Below, one piece after another: positions 1-13,449 of a stretch of 64,000 nt of DNA. Origin of the DNA: the human T2T-CHM13v2.0 reference genome, Homo sapiens. The stretch lies in NCBI GenBank assembly GCA_009914755.4, contig CP086569.2:28736001-28800000 (forward strand), written 5' to 3'. The position numbers and the translations under genes were made by a program. The number at the start of each line of letters is the position of its first letter. The stretch's first letter is position 1. The notes under the pieces are model-generated. The model made no database searches and was not told where the DNA came from. It was given only the letters and a program-made list of their open reading frames with translations.

Positions 1-150
1 TATTATTCCATTCCATTCAATTCCATTCCAGATGATTCCATTCCATTCTATACCATTGCTCTCTGTTCCCTTCCATTCCATCTGTCTCCATTCCTTTCGT
101 TTCGATTCCTTTCCATTCCATTCCATTACATTTGATCCTATTTTATTAAA
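1..150 (+). repeat. 3' end of a ~3.56 kb HOR unit, truncated by the window edge
   Basis: Position 1 onward (tattattccattccattcaattccattccagatgattcc...) matches position 48957 onward exactly, i.e. the tail of unit 14 that precedes the unit-15 start at 49107. Confidence 0.8.
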
Positions 151-3100
151 TTGCATTCTATTCGAGTGATTTCCATTCGAGTCCTTTCCATTCGATTCCA
201 TTCCATTCTATTCCATTCCTTTGGATTCCATTCCATTCCCTTCCGTTCACATCAATTCCTTGCGATTCCATTACATTCGATTTCTTGCCATTCGATTCCA
301 TTCCTTTTGACTCCATTTCATTCGATTCCATTCCATTCCATTAATTTCCATTCCATTCGAGACCATTCCATTGCAGTCTTTTCCCTTCGAGTCCATTCCG
401 TTCGATTCCCTTCCATTCGATTCCATTCCATTGGAGTCCGTACCAGTCGAGTCCATTCTATTCCAGTCCATTAGTTTCGACTCCATTACATTCGAGTGCA
501 TTCCATTCCGTGGCTGTCCATTCCATTCCGTTTGATGCCATTCCATACGATTCCATTCAATTCGAGACCATTCTATTCCTGTCCATTCCTTGTGCTTCGA
601 TTCCATTTCACTCTAGTCCATTCCATTCCATTCAATTCCATTCGACTCTATTCCGTTCCATTCAATTCCATTCCATTCGATTCCATTTTTTTCGAGAACC
701 TTCCATTACACTCCCTTCCATTCCAGTGCATTCCATTCCAGTCTCTTCAGTTCGATTCCATTCCATTCGTTTCGATTCCTTTCCATTCCAGCCCATTCCA
801 TTCCATTCCATTCCTTTCCTTTCCGTTTCATTAGATTCCATTGCATTCCATTCCATTCAATTCAATTCCGTGCTATTCAATTTGATTCATATCCATTTAA
901 TTCCATTCCATTAGATTCCATTCCGTACGATTCCATTCCTTTGGAATCCATTCCATTGGAGTCCATTCACTTCCAGAACATTCCATTCCAGTCGAATCCA
1001 TTCGAGTACATTCCATTAAAGTTCATTACATTCTAATACATTCCATTCCATTGCATTCCATTCCATTCCATTCGATGCCATTCGATTCCATTCCATGCCA
1101 AATCATTGCATTCCTTTCCATTCCGTTCCTATCAATTCCATTCCATTCGATTTAGTTCGATTCTATTCACTTCCATTCCATTCGATTCCATTCCATTGGA
1201 GTCAATTCCTTTCGACACCCAGCCTTTCCAGTCAATGATTTTGGAGTCCATTTTTTTGCATTCCATTACATTCTATGACATTCGATTCCGTTTCATTGCA
1301 TTCCATTCCATACATTTTTATTCCATTCGAGACCGTAGCATTCCACTTTATTCCAGACCTGTCCATTACACTACATTCCCTTCCATTCCAATGAATTCCA
1401 TTCCATTCCAATCCATTCCTTTCCTTTCGCTTGCATTCCATTCTATTCCCTTCTACTGCATACAATTTCACTCCATTCGTTCCCATTCCATTCAATTCCA
1501 TTCCATTCAATTCCATTCCATTTGTTTCCATTCTCTTCGATTCCATTTCTTTATATTCCATGCCATTCGATTCCATTCTATTGGATTGCATGACTTTCGT
1601 GTTCATTCCATTCCAGACCATTCCATTTGACTCCATTCCTTTCGAGCCCTTTCAATTTGAGTCCATTCCTTTCCAGTCCATTTCACTCCAGTCCATTACT
1701 ATCCATTCCATACCATTCCATCCCATTCCATTAAATTCCATTCCATTCCATTCCATTCCATTCCATTGCATTCCATTCCATTCCATTCCATTGCACTGCA
1801 CTCCATTCCATTACATTCTACTCTATTTGAGTCGATTTTATTGCATTAGATTCTATTCCATTGGATTACTTTCCATTCGATTACATTCCATTAATGTACA
1901 TTCCATTCCAGTCAATTACATTCGAGTTCATTAGATTACATTCCAGTATATTCCATTCTATTTGATCCCATTCCTTTCAATTCCATTTCATTCGACTCCA
2001 TTATATTCGATTCCATTCCACTCGAATCCATTCCATTAGAGGACATTCCATTCCAATGCATTCCATTCCATTCCATAGCATTCCATTGCATTCGATTCCA
2101 TTCCATTTGATGCCATTCCATTTGATGCCATTCCATGACATTCCATTCCATTCGAGTCCATTCCGTTCCAATTCATTCCATTCCGTTTCATGAAATTCGA
2201 GTCCTTTCCAGTACATTTCATTCCAATCCCATCCAATCCAATCTACTCCATTCAATTCCTTTCCATTCCATTTGATTAGATTCCATTGATTTGATTCCAT
2301 TCAGTTTGATTCCATTCCGTGAAATTTCGTTCCATTCTATTCCATTGCATTACTTTCCATTCAATTCCATTCCATTTCATTTCAGTCCATTCGATTCCTT
2401 TCCTTTCGATTCAATTCCATTTGATTCCACTCCATTCTATGCGATTTCATTCCAATCGATTCAATTCCATTCGATGACATTCCTTTCGTTTCCATTCCAT
2501 TCGAGTCCATTCAATTTGAGTATTCGTGTCCATTCAATTCGAGTCCATTCCATTACCGTCTATTCTATTCCCTTCCATTCCTGTTGATTCAATTTCATTC
2601 CCTTCCATTCGATTCCTTTCCATTCAATTCCATTCCTTTCCATTCCATTCCATTCCTTCCCATTCCATGTGATTTCATTCCATTCCAGTCCATTATATTC
2701 GAGTCCACTCCACTCCATTCTATTACATTCAATTCCTTTTGAGTCCGTTCCATAACACTCCATTCATTTCGATTCCATTTCTTGCCAGTTTTCTTCCATT
2801 TTATTCCATTCCGTTCGATTCCCTTCCATTCGATTGCATTCCATTCGAATCCTTTCCATTCCATTTCATTCCATTCCTTTCTATTCCATTCCATTTCATT
2901 CGATTTGATTCCATTCTGTTCTATTCCATTCAATTCTTTTTCATTCCATTCGAATCCTTTCTATTGCAGTCCATTCCATTCGAGTCCATTCCAATCCCTT
3001 CCATTCCATTCCATTACAGTCCATTCCAATAGATTCCATTCCTTTGCCTTCCATTCGAATCCATTCCATTCTAGTCCATTCCATTTGAGTCAATTCCATT

Positions 3101-3713
3101 CCATTCCATTCTATTCCTTTCCAATCCATTCGATTCCATTCGATTCAATTCCATTTGATTCTCTTTCATTCTATTTTATTCCATGCCATTTGATTGCATT
3201 GCATTCCATTCCGTTTGATTCCAGTCCATTCAAGAAAGTTCCATTCCAGTCCATTGCTTTCCAGTCCATTCCATTCCACTCTAGTCTATTCCACTCCATT
3301 CCTTTCCATTCCATTCCATACTATTCTATTCCATTCCTTTGCATTCCGTTTGCAATCTATTCGAGTCCATTGCATCCAGTCCAATCCATTCGATTACATT
3401 CCTTTTGATTCCCTGCCAGTCGATTGCATTGCATACTAGACCATTCCAAACGAGTCCATTCCATTCTATCTCAAAACTTTCCATTCCACTCTGTTCGAGT
3501 CCATTCCATTCCAGTCCATTTAATTCAAGGGCATTCCATTCCATTCCATTCCATTCCATTTCATATTATTCCATTCCATTCAATTCCATTCCAGATGATT
3601 CCATTCCATTCTATACCATTGCTCTCTGTTCCATTCCATTCCATCTGTCTCCATTCCTTTCGTTTCGATTCCTTTCCATTCCATTCCATTACATTTGATC
3701 CTATTTTATTAAA
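151..3713 (+). repeat. HOR unit 1, 3563 bp, subtype 1 (AGACC at the HaeIII position, so no GGCC)
   Basis: Phased on the anchor ttgcattctattcgagtgatttccattcgagtcc at 151. The next anchor is at 3714. ORF-track peptides 151..474 and 1106..1630 recur in later units. Confidence 0.85.
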
Positions 3714-6700
3714 TTGCATTCTATTCGAGTGATTTCCATTCGAGTCCTTTCCATTCGATTCCATTCCATTCTATTCCATTCCTTTGGATTCCATTCCATT
3801 CCGTTCCGTTCACATCAATTCCTTGCGATTCCATTACATTCGATTTCTTGCCATTCGATTCCATTCCTTTTGACTCCATTTCATTCGATTCCATTCCATT
3901 CCATTAATTTCCATTCCATTCGAGACCTTTCCATTGCAGTCTTTTCCCTTCGAGTCCATTCCGTTCGATTCCCTTCCATTCGATTCCATTCCATTGGAGT
4001 CCGTACCAGTCGAGTCCATTCTATTCCAGTCCATTAGTTTCGACTCCATTGCATTCGAGTGCATTCCATTCCGTGGCTGTCCATTCCATTCCGTTTGATG
4101 CCATTCCATACGATTCCATTCAATTCGAGACCATTCTATTCCTGTCCATTCCTTGTGGTTCGATTCCATTTCACTCTAGTCCATTCCATTCCATTCAATT
4201 CCATTCGACTCTATTCCGTTCCATTCAATTCCATTCCATTCGATTCCATTTTTGTCGAGAACCTTCCATTACACTCCCTTCCATTCCAGTGCATTCCATT
4301 CCAGTCTCTTCAGTTCGATTCCATTCCATTCGTTTCGATTCCTTTCCATTCCAGCCCATTCCATTCCATTCCTTTCCTTTCCGTTTCATTAGATTCCATT
4401 GCATTCGATTCCATTCAATTCAATTCCATGCTATTCAATTTGATTCATTTCCATTTAATTCCATTCCATTAGATTCCATTCCGTACGATTCCATTCCTTT
4501 TGAATCCATTCCATTGGAGTCCATTCACTTCCAGAACATTCCATTCCAGTCGAATCCATTCGAGTACATTCCATTAAAGTTCATTAGATTCTAATACGTT
4601 CCATTCCATTGCATTCCATTCCATTCCATTCGATGCCATTCGATTCCATTCCGTGCCAAATCATTGCATTCCTTTCCATTCCGTTCCTATCAATTCCATT
4701 CCATTCGATTTAGTTCGATTCTATTCACTTCCACTCCATTCGATTCCATTCCATTGGAGTCAATTCCTTTCGACACCCAGCCTTTCCAGTCAATGATTTT
4801 GGATTCCATTTTTTTGCATTCCATTACATTCTATGACATTCGATTCCGTTTCATTGCATTCCATTCCATACATTTTTATTCCATTCGAGACCGTAGCATT
4901 CCACTTTATTCCAGGCCTGTCCATTACACTACATTCCCTTCCATTCCAATGAATTCCATTCCATTCCAATCCATTCCTTTCCTTTCGCTTGCATTCCATT
5001 CTATTCCCTTCTACTGCATACAATTTCACTCCATTCGTTCCCATTCCATTCAATTCCATTCCATTCAATTCCATTCCATTTGTTTCCATTCTCTTCGATT
5101 CCATTTCTTTATATTCCATGCCATTCGATTCCATTCTATTGGAATGCGTTACATTCGTGTTCATTCCATTCCAGACCATTCCATTTGACTCCATTCCTTT
5201 CGAGCCCTTTCAATTTGAGTCCATTCCTTTCCAGTCCATTTCACTCCAGTCCATTACTATCCATTGCATACCATTCCATCCCATTCCATTCCATTCCATT
5301 CCATTCCATTCCATTCCATTCCATTGCACTGCACTCCATTCCATTACATTCTACTCTATCTGAGTCGGTTTTATTGCATTAGATTCTATTCCATTGGATT
5401 ACTTTCCATTCGATTACATTCCATTCATGTACATTCCATTCCAGTCAATTACATTCGAGTTCATTACATTACATTCCAGTATATTCCATTCTATTCGATC
5501 CCATTCCTTTCAATTCCATTTCATTCGACTCCATTATATTCGATTCCATTCCACTCAAATCCATTCCATTAGAGGACATTCCATTCCAATGCATTCCATT
5601 CCATTCCATAACATTCCATTGCATTCGATTCCATTCCATTTGATGCCATTCCATGACATTCCATTCCATTCGAGTCCATTCCGTTCCAATTCATTCCATT
5701 CCATTTCATGAAATTCGAGTCCTTTCCAGTACATTTCATTCCAATCCCATCCAATCCAATCTACTCCATTCAATTCCTTTCCATTCCATTTGATTAGATT
5801 CCATTGATTTGATTCCATTCAGTTTGATTCCATTCCGTGAAATTTCGTTCCATTCTATTCCATTGCATTACTTTCCATTCAATTCCATTCCATTTCATTT
5901 CAGTCCATTCGCTTCCTTTCCTTTCGATTCAATTCCATTTGATTCCACTCCATTCTATGCGATTTCATTCCAATCGATTCAATTCCATTCGATGACATTC
6001 CTTTCGTTTCCATTCCATTCGAGTCCATTCAATTTGAGCATTCGTGTCCATTCTATTCGAGTCCATTCCATTTCCGTCTATTCTATTCCCTTCCATTCCT
6101 GTTGATTCAATTTCGTTCCCTTCCATTCGATTCCTTTCCATTCGATTCCATTCCTTTCCATTCCATTCCATTCGTTCCCATTCCATGTGATTTCATTCCA
6201 TTCCAGTCCATTATATTCGAGTCCACTCCACTCCATTCTATTACATTCAATTCCTTTTGAGTCCGTTCCATAACACTCCATTCATTTCGATTCCATTTCT
6301 TGCCAGTTTTCTTCCATTTTATTCCATTCCGTTCGATTCCATTCCATTCGATTGCATTCCATTCGAATCCTTTCCATTCCATTTCATTCCATTCCTTTCT
6401 ATTCCATTCCATTTCATTCGATTTGATTCCATTCTGTTCTATTCCATTCAATTCTTTTTCATTCCATTCGAATCCTTTCTATTGCAGTCCATTCCATTCG
6501 AGTCCATTCCAATCCCTTCCATTCCATTCCATTACAGTCCATTCCAATAGATTCCATTCCTTTGCCTTCCATTCGAATCCATTCCATTCTAGTCCATTCC
6601 ATTTGAGTCAATTCCATTCCATTCCATTCTATTCCTTTCCAATCCATTAGATTCCATTCGATTCAATTCCATTTGATTCTCTTTCATTCTATTTTATTCC

Positions 6701-7232
6701 ATGCCATTTGATTGCATTGCATTCCATTCCGTTTGATTCCAGTCCATTCAAGAAAGTTCCATTCCATTCCATTGCTTTCCAGTCCATTCCATTCCATTCT
6801 AGTCTATTCCACTCCATTCCTTTCCATTCCATTCCATACTATTCCATTCCATTCTTTTGCATTCCGTTTCCAATCTATTCGAGTCCATTGCATTCCAGTC
6901 CAGTCCATTCCATTACATTCCTTTTGATTCCCTGCCAGTCGATTGCATTGCATACTACACCATTCCAAACGAGTCCATTCCATTCTATCTCAACACTTTC
7001 CATTCCACTCTGTTCGAGTCCATTCCATTCCAGTCCATTTAATTCAAGGGCATTCCATTCCATTCCATTCCATTCCATTTCATATTATTCCATTCCATTC
7101 AATTCCATTCCAGATGATTCCATTCCATTCTATACCATTGCTCTCTGTTCCCTTCCATTCCATCTGTCTCCATTCCTTTCGTTTCGATTCCTTTCCATTC
7201 CATTCCATTACATTTGATCCTATTTTATTAAA
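3714..7232 (+). repeat. HOR unit 2, 3519 bp, subtype 2 (GGCC at 4914-4917)
   Basis: Anchor at 3714, next anchor at 7233. The 181-aa artefact ORF 4049..4594 is identical to 45868..46413 and 53005..53550. Confidence 0.85.
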
Positions 7233-9905
7233 TTGCATTCTATTCGAGTGATTTCCATTCGAGTCCTTTCCATTCGATTCCGTTCCATTCTATTCCATTC
7301 CTTTGGATTCCATTCCATTCCGTTCCGTTCACATCAATTCCTTGCGATTCCATTCCATTCGATTTCTTGCCATTCGATTCCATTCCTTTTGACTCCATTT
7401 CATTCGATTCCATTCCATTCCATTAATTTCCATTCCATTCGAGACCATTCCATTGCAGTCTTTTCCCTTCGAGTCCATTCCGTTCGATTCCCTTCCATTC
7501 GATTCCATTCCATTGGAGTCCGTACCAGTCGAGTCCATTCTATTCCAGTCCATTAGTTTCGACTCCATTACATTCGAGTGCATTCCATTCCGTGGCTGTC
7601 CATTCCATTCCGTTTGATGCCATTCCATACGATTCCATTCAATTCGAGACCATTCTATTCCTGTCCATTCCTTGTGCTTCGATTCCAATTCACTCTAGTC
7701 CATTCCATTCCATTCAATTCCATTCGACTCTATTCCGTTCCATTCAATTCCATTCCATTCGATTCCATTTTTTTCGAGAACCTTCCATTACACTCCCTTC
7801 CATTCCAGTGCATTCCATTCCAGTCTCTTCAGTTCGATTCCATTCCATTCGTTTCGATTCCTTTCCATTCCAGCCCATTCCATTCCATTCCATTCCTTTC
7901 CTTTCCGTTTCATTAGATTCCATTGCATTCCATTCCATTCAATTCAATTCCGTGCTATTCAATTTGATTCATATCCATTTAATTCCATTCCATTAGATTC
8001 CATTCCGTACGATTCCATTCCTTTGGAATCCATTCCAATGGAGTCCATTCACTTCCAGAACATTCCATTCCAGTCGAATCCATTCGAGTACATTCCATTA
8101 AAGTTCATTACATTCTAATACATTCCATTCCATTGCATTCCATTCCATTCCATTCGATGCCATTCGATTCCATTCCATGCCAAATCATTGCATTCCTTTC
8201 CATTCCGTTCCTATCAATTCCATTCCATTCGATTTAGTTCGATTCTATTCACTTCCATTCCATTCGATTCCATTCCATTGGAGTCAATTCCTTTCGACAC
8301 CCAGCCTTTCCAGTCAATGATTTTGGATTCCATTTTTTTGCATTCCATTACATTCTATGACATTCGATTCCGTTTCATTGCATTCCATTCCATACATTTT
8401 TATTCCATTCGAGACCGTAGCATTCCACTTTATTCCAGACCTGTCCATTACACTACATTCCCTTCCATTCCAATGAATTCCATTCCATTCCAATCCATTC
8501 CTTTCCTTTCGCTTGCATTCCATTCTATTCCCTTCTACTGCATACAATTTCACTCCATTCGTTCCCATTCCATTCAATTCCATTCCATTCAATTCCATTC
8601 CATTTGTTTCCATTCTCTTCGATTCCATTTCTTTATATTCCATGCCATTCGATTCCATTCTATTGAATTGCATTACTTTCGTGTTCATTCCATTCCAGAC
8701 CATTCCATTTGACTCCATTCTTTCGAGCCCTTTCAATTTGAGTCCATTCCTTTCCAGTCCATTTCACTCCAGTCCATTACTATCCATTCCATACCATTCC
8801 ATCCCATTCCATTAAATTCCATTCCATTCCATTCCATTCCATTGCATTCCATTCCATTCCATTCCATTGCACTGCACTCCATTCCATTACATTCTACTCT
8901 ATTTGAGTCGATTTTATTGCATTAGATTCTATTCCATTGGATTACTTTCCACTCGATTACATTCCATTCATGTACATTCCATTCCAGTCAATTACATTCG
9001 ACTTTGTTACATTGCACTCCAGTATATTCCATTCTATTCGATCCCATTCCTTTCCATTCCATTTCATTCCATTCCTTCTTATTCCATTCCGTTTCATTCG
9101 ATTTGATTCCATTCTGTTCTATTCCATTCAATTCTTTTTCATTCCATTCGAATCTTTCTATTGCAGTACATTCAATTCGAGTCCATTCCAATCCCTTCCA
9201 TTCCATTCCATTACAGTCCATTCCAATAGATTCTATTCTTTTGCCTTCCATTCGAATCCATTCCATTCTAGTCCATTCCATTTGAGTCAATTCCATTCCA
9301 TTCCATTCTATTCCTTTCCAATCCATTCGATTCCATTCGATTCAATTCCATTTGATTCTCTTTCATTCTATTTTATTCCATGCCATTTGATTGCATTGCA
9401 TTCCATTCCGTTTGATTCCAGTCCATTCAAGAAAGTTCCATTCCAGTCCATTGCTTTCGTGTCCATTCCATTCCACTCTAGTCTATTCCACTGCATTCCT
9501 TTCCATTCCATTCCATACTATTCCATTCCATTCCTTTGCATTCCGTTTGCAATCTATTCGAGTCCATTGCATTCCAGTCCAATCCATTCGATTACATTCC
9601 TTTTGATTCCCTGCCAGTCGATGCATTGCATATTAGACCATTCCAAAGGAGTCCATTCCATTCTATTTCAACACTTTCCATTCCAGTCTGTTCGAGTCCA
9701 TTCCATTCCAGTCCATTTAATTCAAGGGCATTCCATTCCATTCCATTCCATATCATATTATTCCATTCCATTCAATTCCATTCCAGATGATTCCATTCCA
9801 TTCTATACCATTGCTCTCTGTTCCATTCCATTCCATCTGTCTCCATTCCTTTCGTTTCGATTCCTTTCCATTCCATTCCATTACATTTCATCCTATTTTA
9901 TTAAA
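7233..9905 (+). repeat. HOR unit 3, only 2673 bp; chimeric unit with a recombination junction at ~9050-9075
   Basis: Anchor at 7233, next anchor at 9906. Up to ~9050 the sequence is identical to unit 17 (offset 48,956). After a stretch of cctttc[a/c]attccatttcattc microhomology, it continues with sequence that in unit 17 lies ~890 bp further on, and it now matches the unit 4/5 subfamily. Confidence 0.75.
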
Positions 9906-12900
9906 TTGCATTCTATTCGAGTGATTTCCATTCGAGTCCTTTCCATTCGATTCAATTCCATTCTATACCATTCCTTTGGATTCCATTCCATTCCGTTCCG
10001 TTCACATCCATTCCTTGCGATTCCATTACATTCGATTTCTTGCCATTCGATTCCATTCCTTTTGACTCCATTTCATTCGATTCCATTCCATTCCATTAAT
10101 TTCCATTCCATTCGAAACCTTTCCATTGCAGTCTTTTCACTTCGAGTCCATTCCGTTCGATTCCATTTCATTCGATTCCATTCCTTTGGAGTGCGTACCA
10201 GTCGAGTCCATTCTATTCCACTCCATTAGTTTCGACTCCATTGCATTCGAGTGCATTCAATTCCTTGGCTGTCCATTCCATTCCGTTTGATGCCATTCCA
10301 TAGGATTCCATTCAATTCGAGACCATTCTATTCCTGTCCATTCCTTGTGATTCGATTCCATTTCACTCTAGTCCATTCTATTCCATTCAATTCCATTCGA
10401 CTCTATTCCGTTCCATTCAATTAAATTCCATTCGATTCCATTTGTTTCGAGAACCTTCCATTACACTCCCTTCCATTCCAGTGCATTCCATTCCAGTCTC
10501 TTCAGTTCGATTCCATTCCATTCGTTTCGATTCCTTTCCATTCCAGCCCATTCCATTCCATTCCATTCCTTTCCTTTCCGTTTCATTAGATTCCATTGCG
10601 TTCGATTCCATTCAATTCAATTCCGTGCTATTCAGTTTGATTCCTTTCCATTTAATTCCATTCCATTAGATAACATTCCGTTCGATTCCATTCCTTTCGA
10701 ATCCATTCCATTGGAGTCCATTCACTTCCAGAACATTCCATTCCAGTCGAATCCATTCGAGTACATTCCATTAAAGTTCATTACATTCTAATACATTCCA
10801 TTCCATTGCATTCCATTCCATTCCATTCGATGCCATTCGATTCCATTCCATGCCAAATCATTCCATTCCTTTCCATTCCGTTCCGGTCAATTGCATTCCA
10901 TTCAATTTAGTTCGATTCTATTCACTTCCATTCCATTCGATTCCATTCCATTGGAGTCAATTCCTTTCGACACACAGTCTTTCCAGTCAATGACTTTGGA
11001 GTCCATTTTTTTGCATTCCATTACATTCTATGACATTCGATTCCGTTTCATTGCATTCCATTCCATACATTTTTATTCCATTCGAGACCGTAGCATTCCA
11101 GTTTATTCCAGGCCTGTCCATTACACTACATTCCCTTCCATTCCAATGAATTCCATTCCATTCTAATCCATTCCTTTCCTTTCGCTTGCATTCCATTCTA
11201 TTCTCTTCTATTCCATACAATTTCACTCCATTCGTTCCCATTCCATTCAATTCCATTCCATTCAATTCCATTCCATTTCTTTCCATTCTCTTCGATTCCA
11301 TTTCTTTATATTCCATGCCATTCGATTCCATTCCATTGGATTGCATTACATTCGAGTTCATTCCATTCCAGACCATTCCATTTGACTCCATTCCTTTCGA
11401 GCCCTTTCAATTTGAGTCCATTGCTTTCCAGTCCATTTCACTCCAGTCCATTCCTATCCATTCCATACCATTCCATCCCATTCCATTCCATTCCATTCCA
11501 CTCCATTGCATTCCATTCCATTCCATTCCATTGCACTGCATTCCATTCCATTACATTCTATTCCATTTGAGTCGATTTTATTGCATTAGATTCTATTCCA
11601 TTGGATTACTTTCCATTCGATTACATTCCATTCATGTACATTCCATTCCAGTCAATTACATTCGACTTCATTACATTACATGCTAGTATATTCCATTCTA
11701 TTCGATCCCATTCCTTTCAATTCCATTTCATTCGACTCCATTATATTCAATTCCATTCCACTCGAATCCATTCCATTAGAGGACATTTCATTCCAATACA
11801 TTCCATTCCATTCCATAACATTCCATTGCATTCGATTCCATTCCATTTGATGCCATTCCATGACTTTCCATTCCATTCGAGTCCATTGCATTCCAATTCA
11901 TTCCATTCCGTTTCATAAAGTTCGAATCCTTTCCATTCCATTGCATTCCAATCCGTTCCAATCCAATCTATTCCATTCAATTCCTTTCCATTCCATTTGA
12001 TTATATTCCATTGATTTGATTCCATTCAGTTTGATTCCATTCCGTGAAATTTCGTTCCATTCTATTCCATTGCATTACTTTCCATTCAATTCCATTCCAT
12101 TTCATTTCAGTCCATTCGCTTCCTTTCCTTTCGATTCAATTCTATTTGATTCCACTCCATTCTATGACATTTCATTCCAATCGATACAATTCCATTCGAT
12201 GATATTCCTTTCGTTTCCATTCTATTCGAGTCCATTCAATTTGAGCATTCGTGTCCATTCTATTCGAGTCCATTCCATTACAGTCTATTCTATTCCCTTC
12301 CATTCCTGTTGATTCAATTTCATTCCCTTCCATTTGATTCCTTTGCATTCGATTCCATTCCGTTCCATTCCATTCCATTCGTTCCCATTCCATGTGATTC
12401 CATTCCATTCCAGTCCATTATATTCGAGTCCACTCCACTCCATTCTATTACATTCCATTCCTTTTGAGTCCGTTCCATAACACTCCATTCATTTCGATTC
12501 CATTTATTGCCAGTTTGCTTCCATCTTATTCCATTCCGTTCGTTTCCATTCCATTCGATTGCATTCCATTCGATTGCATTCCATTCGAATCCTTTCCATT
12601 CCATTTCATTCCATTCCTTTCTATTCCATTCCATTTCATTCGATTTGATTCCATTCTGTTCTATTCCATTCAATTATTTTTCATTCCATTCGAATCCTTT
12701 CTATTGCAGTCCATTCCATTCGAGTCCATTCCAATCCCTTCCATTCCATTCCATTACAGTCCATTCCAATAGATTCTATTCCTTTGCCTTCCATTCGACT
12801 CCCTTCTATTCTAGTCCATTCCATTTGTGTCAATTCCATTCCATTCCATTCTATTCCTTTCCAATCCATTCGATTCCATTCGACTCAATTCCATTCGATT

Positions 12901-13449
12901 CTCTTTCATTCTATTTTATTCCATGCCATTTGATTGCATTGCATTCCATTCCGTTTGATTCCAGTCCATTCAAGAAAGTTCCATTCCAGTCCATTGCTTT
13001 CGAGTCCATTCCATTCCACTCTAGTCTATTCCACTCCATTTCTTTCCATTCCATTCCATACTATTCCATTCCATTCCTTTGCATTCCGTTTCTAATCTAT
13101 TCGAGTCGATTGCATTCCAGTCCAATCCATTCGATTACATTCCTTTTGATTCCCTGCCAGTCGATTGCATTGCATATTAGACCATTCCAAAGGAGTCCAT
13201 TCCATTCTATTTCAACACTTTCCATTCCACTCTGTTCGAGTCCATTCCATTCCAGTCCATTTAATTCAAGGGCATTCCATTCCATTCCATTCCATATCAT
13301 ATTATTCCATTCCATTCAATTCCATTCCAGATGATTCCATTCCATTCTATACCATTGCTCTCTGTTCCATTCCATTCCATCTGTCTCCATTCCTTTCGTT
13401 TCGATTCCTTTCCATTCCATTCCATTACATTTGATCCTATTTTACTAAA
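9906..13449 (+). repeat. HOR unit 4, 3544 bp, divergent subfamily (GGCC at 11111-11114)
   Basis: Anchor at 9906. It shares the subfamily variants RNLSIAVF and NSILYHSFG (ORF-track translations) with unit 5. Unit 4 and unit 5 both measure 3544 bp. Confidence 0.8.

Noticed and set aside
8937-10229. Longest ORF in the track (430 aa, + strand)
   Set aside because: The translation is HSIPF/FHSIPF-type low-complexity text read straight off the (CATTC)n repeat. It starts at a non-ATG alternative start, and it overlaps equally long ORFs in other frames and on the opposite strand. Its length comes from the unit-3 recombination junction removing stop-containing variant pentamers. It is not a gene.
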